Below are positions 20,752 to 28,507 of a stretch of DNA of 51,552 bases, piece by piece. Under the pieces are notes generated by a model, which did not search any database, was not told the DNA's origin, and saw only the letters and a list, made by a program, of their open reading frames with translations. Position 1 is the stretch's first letter; each line of letters starts with the position of its first letter. The stretch lies in IMG/VR virus record IMGVR_UViG_3300033463_000200; one strand, given 5' to 3'. The translations under genes were made by a program, and so were the position numbers. Source of the DNA: a virus.

Positions 20752-20907
20752 TTAACGATCTTTTCTCTTTTCCAGAGCTTCAAAAATGATGCTTCCGAAT
20801 CTTTCTTCGATGAAACGTACCTGAGAATATCCTTTTACAAAAGTAATATGCTTCTGTCTGTTGTCATCCTGATAAGTTACCATGTAAGTTACTAATTCTT
20901 TCTTCAT
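20752..20907 (-). CDS. Small hypothetical protein (51 aa).
   Basis: RBS GAGGAG precedes ATG at 20907. Not in the ORF track (below 60 aa). Confidence 0.3.
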   Translation of the reverse strand: MKKELVTYMVTYQDDNRQKHITFVKGYSQVRFIEERFGSIIFEALEKRKDR

Positions 20908-20992
20908 AATTAAAACTCCTCTACATGATAAAAAGCATTTTTCATTTGATATAATAATTATATCAAAAATTTTTTATTTTTTCAAATGATCG

Positions 20993-21193
20993 TTATAAAT
21001 CCCCTTCATAAAACTTTTTTCCAAAAAACTTATCAATAGATACTTCTGCAAATCCTAGTAATTTACAAAAATCTCTACAAATGGTATGTATTTCATTTAG
21101 ATCTGGATCAGAAGGAATTTCCCAGTTACAAGAGATCTTTCTTTCATAAGAATTGCTTCCATCGGGAATAAAGGTTATTATAATATTATTCAT
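20993..21193 (-). CDS. Hypothetical protein (66 aa).
   Basis: ORF track. RBS GAGGATATAAAA precedes ATG. Confidence 0.4.
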   Translation of the reverse strand: MNNIIITFIPDGSNSYERKISCNWEIPSDPDLNEIHTICRDFCKLLGFAEVSIDKFFGKKFYEGDL

Positions 21194-21222
21194 TTTTATA
21201 TCCTCTTTAAAATTATTATAAA

Positions 21223-21294
21223 AGCCCTCGACAGGATTTGAACCTGCAACCCAGTCATTACAAGTGACTTGCGCTTCCGTTGCGCTACGAGGGC
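21223..21294 (-). tRNA. tRNA-Thr (anticodon TGT).
   Basis: Acceptor GCCCTCG/CGAGGGC. Anticodon stem AGTCA/TGACT with loop CTTGTAA. Confidence 0.75.
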
Positions 21295-21403
21295 ACGCGC
21301 AGGTATGTTTTATGCGGACTTTCCTGCTTTAACCGCACGCCGGATTTGCATTTGGTCAGGCGCGTGACCTACCTACATCTGAATCGCAACTTCAGGGGAT
21401 AAG

Positions 21404-21477
21404 TACGCCCAATGGGATTTGAACCCATGACACCTAGATTAAAAGTCTAGTGCTACTACCAACTGAGCTACGGGCGC
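21404..21477 (-). tRNA. tRNA-Lys (anticodon TTT).
   Basis: Anticodon stem CTAGA/TCTAG with loop CTTTTAA. T-arm ATGGGTTCAAATCCCAT. Confidence 0.75.
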
Positions 21478-21480
21478 ATA

Positions 21481-21551
21481 AGTCTCATACGGGATTCGAA
21501 CCCGTGACTCATGCTTGGAAGGCACGTATGTTTCCACTACACCAATGAGAC
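21481..21551 (-). tRNA. tRNA-Gly (anticodon TCC).
   Basis: Acceptor GTCTCAT/ATGAGAC. Anticodon loop CTTCCAA. T-arm ACGGGTTCGAATCCCGT. Confidence 0.7.
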
Positions 21552-21784
21552 AGGTCGAGGCTCTGCGCATAAGCCTCTGTCCTTTTTCAAACTATTAGGT
21601 AACCCATTAGGAAAAACATTTAAAATCATAGGGAGTGCGAGGCATCTTTGGTTTTTTAGGAAAAAACCACTGAGGATCACACCAAGCAATCTGGAAAACC
21701 GTCCCTTTACTTCGGGACTGAAGCCGCAGTCTTTGTCAAATAAGAACTTTCGGAAAAACTCATTTTTATTTTTATTGTATATAT

Positions 21785-21813
21785 ATTATATCAAAATTTT
21801 TTGTAAAAATCAA
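21785..21813 (-). promoter_or_regulatory. Minus-strand promoter (TTGATT-17-TGATATAAT) for the Gly/Lys/Thr tRNAs and downstream small genes.
   Basis: Motif family member. Confidence 0.55.
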
Positions 21814-21820
21814 ACGTTTT

Positions 21821-22105
21821 TTATTTTGCTCGATAGCATTTATACCAATATCTATGAAATTCTTTAATAGTAGGAAATCTTTTTCTCCATGCACTATCTT
21901 CTTCATATGCTTTTTTAGCTTCAAACCATGTCCATCTACTAATATAATCGTGTATATTCCAAGAGCAAAATAATTTTTTATATTCTTTTCTGTTGTATTT
22001 ACCTTCAGTATTTCTTACTTTTGAATTAGCTATTCTTTTAGACCTTTTTGTAGAACCAGCTTTTCCATCACTACATATAGGATGTTTTTTATAACTTCTA
22101 CTCAT
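21821..22105 (-). CDS. Basic (Lys/Arg-rich) hypothetical protein (94 aa).
   Basis: ORF track. Confidence 0.4.
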   Translation of the reverse strand: MSRSYKKHPICSDGKAGSTKRSKRIANSKVRNTEGKYNRKEYKKLFCSWNIHDYISRWTWFEAKKAYEEDSAWRKRFPTIKEFHRYWYKCYRAK

Positions 22106-22911
22106 TTTTTTATCCTCTTGAATGCGTTTACAACTCCATTAATTATAGGACTAAAATATTTTATTTTTTCTTTTTTATTAATAGGAATATGAATATTATC
22201 AGTTATTCCATATAATTCAAAAAATACTTCAGAAGCTTTGTCAATAGGAATATAAAAGCGACCTTTTTTACCCCATAAAACTCCCCATGAATTTTGAACG
22301 ATTAAATATTTTTTAGTCCAGCCAACGATAATAACAGCATGACCGCTATAATTAGCATTTTTATTATATTTGTATACATTTTTAGTTGATAAAGATGCAT
22401 CGTCATACCATTTCATACCAGCTAAAACGGGACCATGATTATAGATAGCGTATTTTAATTCATTAATATTTTGAATTTTATAGTATGTACTAATCCTATT
22501 TGGATATGCTTTTGCTTTATAAAAATTAAAATTTGATGAAACTATTTTCATAGCAGTTTCATAATCGTTATTACCAGGAAGTATATTTTTTAATAAATCT
22601 CCATATTTTTGAACAATTTTTAAACCATCTCTTAGATACATTCCATCTCCAATGTATTCACATTCTTGTCTACATCCATAAATAAAATCCGTACTAAAAC
22701 GATTATATTTAGATGAATCTTTAAAACTATGATATTCAACAATTTCTGCAAGAGCATGAGCTACACAGGTTGGTTTTGAACCTTGATTTTTAATTGATAA
22801 TATACCCAAATCAAAAGTTGCTGGAACTTTTGAAACATCAACAGTTTTTGCAATAGTATAATCTCGCACATCAAAAGGTGAAGGTATTGCACCAAACCCA
22901 TTATTCTACAT
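22102..22911 (-). CDS. Papain-like cysteine peptidase (Peptidase C1 family). The ORF begins ATG-TAG.
   Basis: The catalytic motifs are present: QGSKPTC (Cys), NYSGHAVIIVGW (His) and VQNSWGVLWG (Asn). A strong RBS GAGGAGGG sits 5 nt before ATG at 22911, and the second codon is TAG, in frame with the ORF-track segment. Confidence 0.7.
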
Positions 22912-22936
22912 ATTATCCCTCCTCTTACTTTGATAG

Positions 22937-23024
22937 TAGAAGATCCGGGACTCGAACCCGGATTTACCTTGCTAGGGCCTAGGGCTTATAAGGCCCGGGC
23001 TCTTACCGATTGAGCTAATCTTCC
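22937..23024 (-). tRNA. tRNA with anticodon TAT (reads AUA) carrying an unusually long (about 19-nt) variable region.
   Basis: D-stem GCTC/GAGC. Anticodon loop CTTATAA. T-arm CCGGGTTCGAGTCCCGG. Confidence 0.5.
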
Positions 23025-23028
23025 ACAG

Positions 23029-23111
23029 CGGAGGGAGTAGGATTCGAACCCACGGACCTTTCGGCCTCTGGTTTTCAAGACCAGTTCCATAAACCGCTCG
23101 GACATCCCTCC
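23029..23111 (-). tRNA. tRNA-Ser (anticodon TGA), class II.
   Basis: Acceptor GGAGGGA/TCCCTCC. Anticodon stem CTGGT/ACCAG with loop CTTGAAA. Long variable arm. Discriminator G. Confidence 0.75.
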
Positions 23112-23115
23112 AAAA

Positions 23116-23199
23116 TGGGCGGTGAAGGAGTTGCACCTCCCGAGTCCAAGGACAACAGATTTACAGTCTGCCCCGCTACTACTTACGGTATAACCACCC
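23116..23199 (-). tRNA. tRNA-Tyr (anticodon GTA), class II, with a noncanonical T-loop (TGCAACT).
   Basis: Anticodon stem GCAGA/TCTGT with loop CTGTAAA. Long variable arm. Confidence 0.6.
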
Positions 23200-23336
23200 T
23201 AATATGGGGCACAACCCCCATTCGCAGGGTATTCTACCCTGGAGTTCCCCGGTATTTGATTCTCACACGTTCCAGGTGGTAGGACCTGGGGTAACTTAAT
23301 CCCAGCCCACGTATATATAAGAAGATTGCAATCACT

Positions 23337-23624
23337 TTAGATTAAAAATTTTCTTTTTCTAGCTTCCTTATTTATGAATAGACTATATCTATGACAATCT
23401 ACATAATTTTTCCAACTATAACAAAGAACATTTGTGTCCTCATTATAATGGAATTTGTCAACATGAAATTCATCTTTTAACAAGAGAATGAAATCAGTAA
23501 GTTCTATTCCTAGCATTCTTGCGGGAATCCACCAGTAATTACTTCCCCTGGCTAAATCTGAGGTATCACCAGAATACCATTTACCATTAGATTCCCATTC
23601 TGTATATTTTAAAATATGGCTCAT
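23337..23624 (-). CDS. Hypothetical protein (95 aa).
   Basis: ORF track. Confidence 0.4.
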   Translation of the reverse strand: MSHILKYTEWESNGKWYSGDTSDLARGSNYWWIPARMLGIELTDFILLLKDEFHVDKFHYNEDTNVLCYSWKNYVDCHRYSLFINKEARKRKFLI

Positions 23625-23938
23625 AGATTTAATGATTGTAGAAGTTTAGCTACATTAGCCTTTTCTTCTTCTGAAACCTGAATTGCGGGCGTCGGTTCAT
23701 TCATGTCTACGCCTGGATTAATTCCGGAAGGAGCAGCGTCCGCAAAAGCACTAGAGACACCTTCTCCCACTCCCAAATTTGTCTTTGCCGCCGTTAAAGT
23801 AACTTTTACTTCAATACACTCTCCATTTTCTGTCATAGGGATACGCAAGATCTTTCCTTCATCTTCCCAGAAAGAATCAAGAAACATTTCCTGCAACTTT
23901 TTAAAAATCTGATTCTTACTTTCTGTTCCTCTTGCCAT
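23621..23938 (-). CDS. Hypothetical protein (105 aa).
   Basis: ORF track. 4-nt overlap with neighbouring genes. Confidence 0.4.
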   Translation of the reverse strand: MARGTESKNQIFKKLQEMFLDSFWEDEGKILRIPMTENGECIEVKVTLTAAKTNLGVGEGVSSAFADAAPSGINPGVDMNEPTPAIQVSEEEKANVAKLLQSLNL

Positions 23939-24153
23939 TATTCATTCCATCCTTTTTCTGCATATTCTTTCCAATGTTCAGCAAAATAGCTAGGAATTTT
24001 TTCTTGTACTTCACAAGTTCCTATTACTTTTGTTAAATAGCTATGCTTACAGATATTTTTCTTACCTTCTTTGAGCATATTCTGCTTTGCAATATATCTT
24101 TTCTGTTCTCTTGTTACAGCATAATTGGTAGCAATTCTTTTAGTTTCATTCAT
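23938..24153 (-). CDS. Hypothetical protein (71 aa).
   Basis: ORF track. Start overlaps the upstream stop (ATGAATGA). Confidence 0.4.
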   Translation of the reverse strand: MNETKRIATNYAVTREQKRYIAKQNMLKEGKKNICKHSYLTKVIGTCEVQEKIPSYFAEHWKEYAEKGWNE

Positions 24154-24940
24154 TTTCTGTTTCCTTTTCTATTGTAACATAAATATTTTTATTTTTCAAG
24201 GTTTCACTAAAGTCTACAATTCGGTCGCATATGTGACAAGTTTGATCAACTTCATACATACATCTTTTCTTACAATTTAGTCTTCTTTCTCCAAATAGAG
24301 AAATAAGGAAACGATTATCTTCATCTCCATTGTAATTAAGAATTATTTCTTTTAATAAACCAAACCACTTTTCTTCTTTTGCATATACTTCATATAATAC
24401 ATTTAATTTATGAAAATCAAAAGTATTAAAGAAAAATTCAAAAGTATCAATAAAATTCCCATAAAGAGAAATATCTTCTGGTCTAATGAAAAATGTTTTT
24501 AAAGATGGAGTATCTTCCCAAGAAGTCTGACATATATTGCAATATGTTCTTAAAGCGATATTTTTTTGTTCCGCTTTTTGTTTTGCTGATATAATATTAA
24601 AACAAATTTCCTCTCCAACGAAAATATCAGTAACATTTAATTGTAAGAAACCTGCAAAAGTATCCCAATCTGTAGCTATTTCATTATAATAATGAAGTAG
24701 TTTCCTTTCGTTAAACTTTTGTTCTATTTTTTTTGAATAATATGGTATACAAAATACTATTCTATAATCAGGGTATGATTCTACTATTGCTTCAATAATT
24801 TGAAAATCCCTGTCTTCATCTAATTTATCTTCTAGGAATATATTAATTCGATGTTTTTGACCATAGATAGAAATAAAATCACTTAGTTCTTTAATCTTTG
24901 GCTTGTATTTAATATTAAGCTAAAGATTTTCATCTTCCAT
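24146..24940 (-). CDS. Cys-rich hypothetical protein (264 aa). 1 in-frame TAG at codon 7.
   Basis: Reverse-complement translation done by hand gives MEDENL(TAG)LNIKYK... continuous to a TGA stop. The RBS-like GAGGAAG precedes ATG. It is absent from the ORF track because no ATG/GTG/TTG follows the TAG. Confidence 0.45.
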
Positions 24941-24944
24941 ATAC

Positions 24945-25082
24945 TTAAACTTCCTCGTGAAAGGAATCGCAAAGTTCATTTCTCCATTCCTCCTCTTCCT
25001 CATAATCTAACATACCACAAAAGAGAATAGAATCTACATAGTCCGATTCAAAAGTCATCTGATCTTCATAAGTCCAACCCAT
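24945..25082 (-). CDS. Small acidic protein (45 aa).
   Basis: RBS GAAAGGGGA precedes ATG. Confidence 0.3.
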   Translation of the reverse strand: MGWTYEDQMTFESDYVDSILFCGMLDYEEEEEWRNELCDSFHEEV

Positions 25083-25112
25083 AGCAATATCCCCTTTCTT
25101 TATTATATTATT

Positions 25113-25141
25113 ATTATATCAAAAATTTTGAAAAAATTCAA
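25113..25141 (-). promoter_or_regulatory. Minus-strand promoter (TGATATAAT -10).
   Basis: Motif family member. Confidence 0.5.
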
Positions 25142-25752
25142 ACAGGTTCACAGTAAGACGCATAATCTACTACAACAGGAAGGTCATTAAGAAACCCTAC
25201 ATTATAATATAAATCGTCATCCCACTCTAAATCTTGAATAAAGTTAATAAATCTGAAAAATGCTTCTTTTCCATAAGTAAGTCTAAATGCGGTCAACCAT
25301 TCGGGATCAATTCCACGATAAGGTGAAAGAGATCGAGTTTCATGAATTTCATCTGCATTTACAGAAGAAACGTAATCTATGTTCATTATACATTTTTCTT
25401 GAACATAGATAGGATAGTTATTTACATATCCTACAAATTCAATTTTTGCAAAATACTTACTCATACCTTTTTCTTCTGCAATATAATACCGATCTTCTTC
25501 GGTAGCACAATAGTCCCAATCATGACCAGGTGCATATTGATTGTCATTATATGGAATCTTAATGACAAAATCCTTTTCTTTATCGTCAGGCACTAATACA
25601 AAACGTGTTGCTCCATGATAACCTGTATAATTATTACTTAAAGCAGGATTAGAACTAAGTACATCCCAATTATGTTCCTCTGTGAAAGGTTCGAGAGGAG
25701 ATAGAGGAGCATTTTTAAACAGTTCAAGTATTTTTTCTCTGTCGTATGTCAT
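25138..25752 (-). CDS. Hypothetical protein (204 aa).
   Basis: ORF track. No TAG. Confidence 0.5.
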   Translation of the reverse strand: MTYDREKILELFKNAPLSPLEPFTEEHNWDVLSSNPALSNNYTGYHGATRFVLVPDDKEKDFVIKIPYNDNQYAPGHDWDYCATEEDRYYIAEEKGMSKYFAKIEFVGYVNNYPIYVQEKCIMNIDYVSSVNADEIHETRSLSPYRGIDPEWLTAFRLTYGKEAFFRFINFIQDLEWDDDLYYNVGFLNDLPVVVDYASYCEPV

Positions 25753-25825
25753 AATATCCTTCCTTTTATTATATTTTATAATTATATTATAACATATTTT
25801 TTAAAAAAATGCAAGAAAAAGGACG

Positions 25826-26728
25826 TTATGCAACGTCCTTTTTGATGATACATCTACTGAGTTTAGTCTGCTTTACTCCGTTATACTCGTCATGATCTTT
25901 AACAGTTCCGGTAAGAAGGAGGTTATCACCAACTTCAATGTCTTTACAAGAGGAAGTAAACCAAACAAGTACGTTCTCTCCCTGTTTGAAAGTATAAATC
26001 ATAGCGGGACCATAATAGCTATCAATCTGGCGGGCGCTGGTCAATGTCACCTTAAGATCGCGAAGCCTTTCTTTGATCTCCCCGAGATATTCTGAATGAG
26101 ATTCAGGAAGGAGGGCTACCAGAGCGGCGTCCGCAATTTCCTTAGCATTAGGATTCATATCAAATCTTTTGCTAAGAGGAAACCATGTATAAACATCGAA
26201 GAAGTTAATACTAACCATTCCATATCCTTCAGGGACATCGATCGGTTTATTTGAATACCATCCAAATTCGCGGCAGAACTTGCATCCCTGTTCCTTGAGC
26301 GAGTCCTTGATCGCATAGGTGTTTCCGCCACCAACCAGCCAAATGAGGGGATTCTCAGGATCATAACCCCACTCTACCAGTTTTGCTTCCATGTTTGCTT
26401 TGCTGTTGTCAAGTTTTTCCTGGCGAATAGCTTCTGCTTTTGCTTCTCTGCGAGCCTTAGCCCTCTCCCTGCTGTCAAGATATTTCTGATACTCTTCTTC
26501 GGTGTAAGCCTTGACCCATTTCTGCTCCAGACCAGATCCATTGCATTTGTAACAGACGCCGCCATCTACAGGAATGGGAATATACTGTCCATTCTCTACT
26601 CTTGCTACGATGAAGCCAAGTCCGCTACAACGATCGCACTTACCTTCAACAAGTGCCTTATGAGTTTCCTCATTAACAGCTTTAATTGTCATACCCTGAT
26701 AAGAAGGAGCTACATAAATCTTTTTCAT
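25826..26728 (-). CDS. Hypothetical protein with an N-terminal CxxC...CxxC zinc-ribbon (300 aa).
   Basis: ORF track. Confidence 0.5.
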   Translation of the reverse strand: MKKIYVAPSYQGMTIKAVNEETHKALVEGKCDRCSGLGFIVARVENGQYIPIPVDGGVCYKCNGSGLEQKWVKAYTEEEYQKYLDSRERAKARREAKAEAIRQEKLDNSKANMEAKLVEWGYDPENPLIWLVGGGNTYAIKDSLKEQGCKFCREFGWYSNKPIDVPEGYGMVSINFFDVYTWFPLSKRFDMNPNAKEIADAALVALLPESHSEYLGEIKERLRDLKVTLTSARQIDSYYGPAMIYTFKQGENVLVWFTSSCKDIEVGDNLLLTGTVKDHDEYNGVKQTKLSRCIIKKDVA

Positions 26729-26820
26729 ATTATTTCCCCTTTCGGTAAGTGCTTTTGTTTTCTTTATTGTATATATATTATATCAAAAATTTTTAAAAAA
26801 ATAAAGAAGGTAAAATAATT

Positions 26821-26976
26821 TTACCTTCTTTCTTTTATATAGGCTAGAGTATTTAAAATGCCACAAGCGAACCAAATTATGCTAAGAATAAAATAAGAAG
26901 GATGTTCTTCATAGATACCCATAAAAAGATATGAAATAAATAGGAAAAAATTAAGAAAAATCAAGATCAAACTCAT
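26821..26976 (-). CDS. Small membrane protein.
   Basis: RBS AGGAGG precedes ATG at 26976. Hydrophobic. Confidence 0.3.
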   Translation of the reverse strand: MSLILIFLNFFLFISYLFMGIYEEHPSYFILSIIWFACGILNTLAYIKERR

Positions 26977-27358
26977 CTTTCTCTTCCTCCTTTTTTGGAT
27001 AATTGTAAGTATTTTTAAATTCATCCATAGTCCAGGTGTAATAAATGTAATCATAACATGAACGAGTATCTTCTTTTTCTAACTTCGATTTAATCTTTTT
27101 TATAAATTCAGGCCAGGCTAATGCCATTACTCGTCCCCACTCTCTTTGAGTTACTTGAAATGGTTTTCCATTTTCAAAGATTGGGACTCCATGATATCCA
27201 TTCTGGTGATAATCTCCAGGGAACCGGTATCCGCATTTTCTAACGGCGTCCGCAACAGCATGATATTCTTCTTCGGTATAAGTTAATTTAACAGGCATAT
27301 TTTTGAAATAATGCTTAGTTACTTCATCATCCCAGTTTCGCCACTCTACAATCTCCAT
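26951..27358 (-). CDS. Hypothetical protein (135 aa).
   Basis: ORF track. Confidence 0.45.
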   Translation of the reverse strand: MEIVEWRNWDDEVTKHYFKNMPVKLTYTEEEYHAVADAVRKCGYRFPGDYHQNGYHGVPIFENGKPFQVTQREWGRVMALAWPEFIKKIKSKLEKEDTRSCYDYIYYTWTMDEFKNTYNYPKKEEEKDEFDLDFS

Positions 27359-27361
27359 ATA

Positions 27362-27517
27362 TTAATATCTTCCTTTCCACCACATTAATAAAAAACAACA
27401 GCCAATCACTAAATAAAATATAGATAGGCATAATTTTGAGATAAGAGGCAAATCATTTGTAGTAATCCATAGGATACTACATAGGAAGCTAAAAAGTGCA
27501 AAGACCAATGGTTCCAT
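27362..27517 (-). CDS. Small membrane protein (51 aa).
   Basis: ATG overlaps the upstream TAA. Confidence 0.3.
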   Translation of the reverse strand: MEPLVFALFSFLCSILWITTNDLPLISKLCLSIFYLVIGCCFLLMWWKGRY

Positions 27518-28152
27518 TACATATTCCTTTCTATCTCTTGAATATCTTTTAAATCATCAATATCACAGGTGTAATCATTTATTACTGTATAATTCTTATA
27601 ATTTATTTTATTTAATGGAGTATCTTTAATTACTTGCCATAGTTCCCACATGATAGGTCTACGATTAAATAAACCTTGTTCATTATATTCTTTTGTTTTT
27701 TCTATTGCTTTACGTAGAAGTGCGGGATCTGCTACTTTTAAAGCAAACGGCTCCGCCCACCTTTTAATGTATCTGTGACTAAAAGGAGGAGCGGAAGCAA
27801 AAAATTCAATGCTATCTGTTTCTGTTTCTACTATTGTTTTTATAGCAAGAGGAGAAAAAACAACATCCCCGAAAATATAACAAACTGGTTCGTCAATAGG
27901 ATAAAAAGCATCATACCAGTAACCTTCAATTTTATGATGTGTTAATGCATGATAACTATTTGGATGTTTTAATACTGGAACGTTAAACTGTTCAAAAATT
28001 GGATCGTTTGAGCTTATTGCTATATCTTTTACGCCATTCTATCTTAAAATGCGGATGGTGCGGTCTAATACTGTTTCACCCTGAATCTTTGACAGTTGTC
28101 TCGGGGTCTACCAATCATCATACCGACCGCCGCACATAATAATATATTTCAT
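27517..28152 (-). CDS. Putative nucleotidyltransferase-fold protein. 2 in-frame TAG.
   Basis: The hand translation reads MKYIIMCGGRYDDW(TAG)TPRQLSKIQGETVLDRTIRILR(TAG)NGVKDIAISS..., which resembles the N-terminus of sugar nucleotidyltransferases. RBS GAAAGGA. Confidence 0.4.
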
Positions 28153-28415
28153 CGCAGCATCCTTTCTACTTGTCTTTTAATATAATAATAATCTCTTTCT
28201 GAAAGAGATACGGGATGATTGCCAAAGATCTTTGCTTGAATACGACCTTCGTTAATATCATATCCATCTTTATGATATTTTACAAAATCGTTAATGATTG
28301 CATTTATCTTTGCGGTTTTAGTGCTTACGAGATCATCTCTGCCGAAACTCTCCATGATATAAGGAGCGTATCCGCTTTTAATTGCATCATTAAAATTTGT
28401 AGGGAACATAACCAT
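28149..28415 (-). CDS. Hypothetical protein (88 aa).
   Basis: ORF track. Confidence 0.4.
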   Translation of the reverse strand: MVMFPTNFNDAIKSGYAPYIMESFGRDDLVSTKTAKINAIINDFVKYHKDGYDINEGRIQAKIFGNHPVSLSERDYYYIKRQVERMLR

Positions 28416-28507
28416 ACCTTCTTTCTTATTATATTATTTTCTATTATAATTATATCAAAAATTTTCAAAAAAATAAAGAGGGCGAAAAACCCTCTTTATT
28501 TTTATTT

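Noticed and set aside
23200-23336. tRNA-like fold with a CAGGG-TAGAATA-CCCTG hairpin (possible GAA anticodon).
   Set aside because: Position 33 is A and the T-arm is noncanonical (GGGGG-TTGTGCC-CCCC). Too irregular to call.
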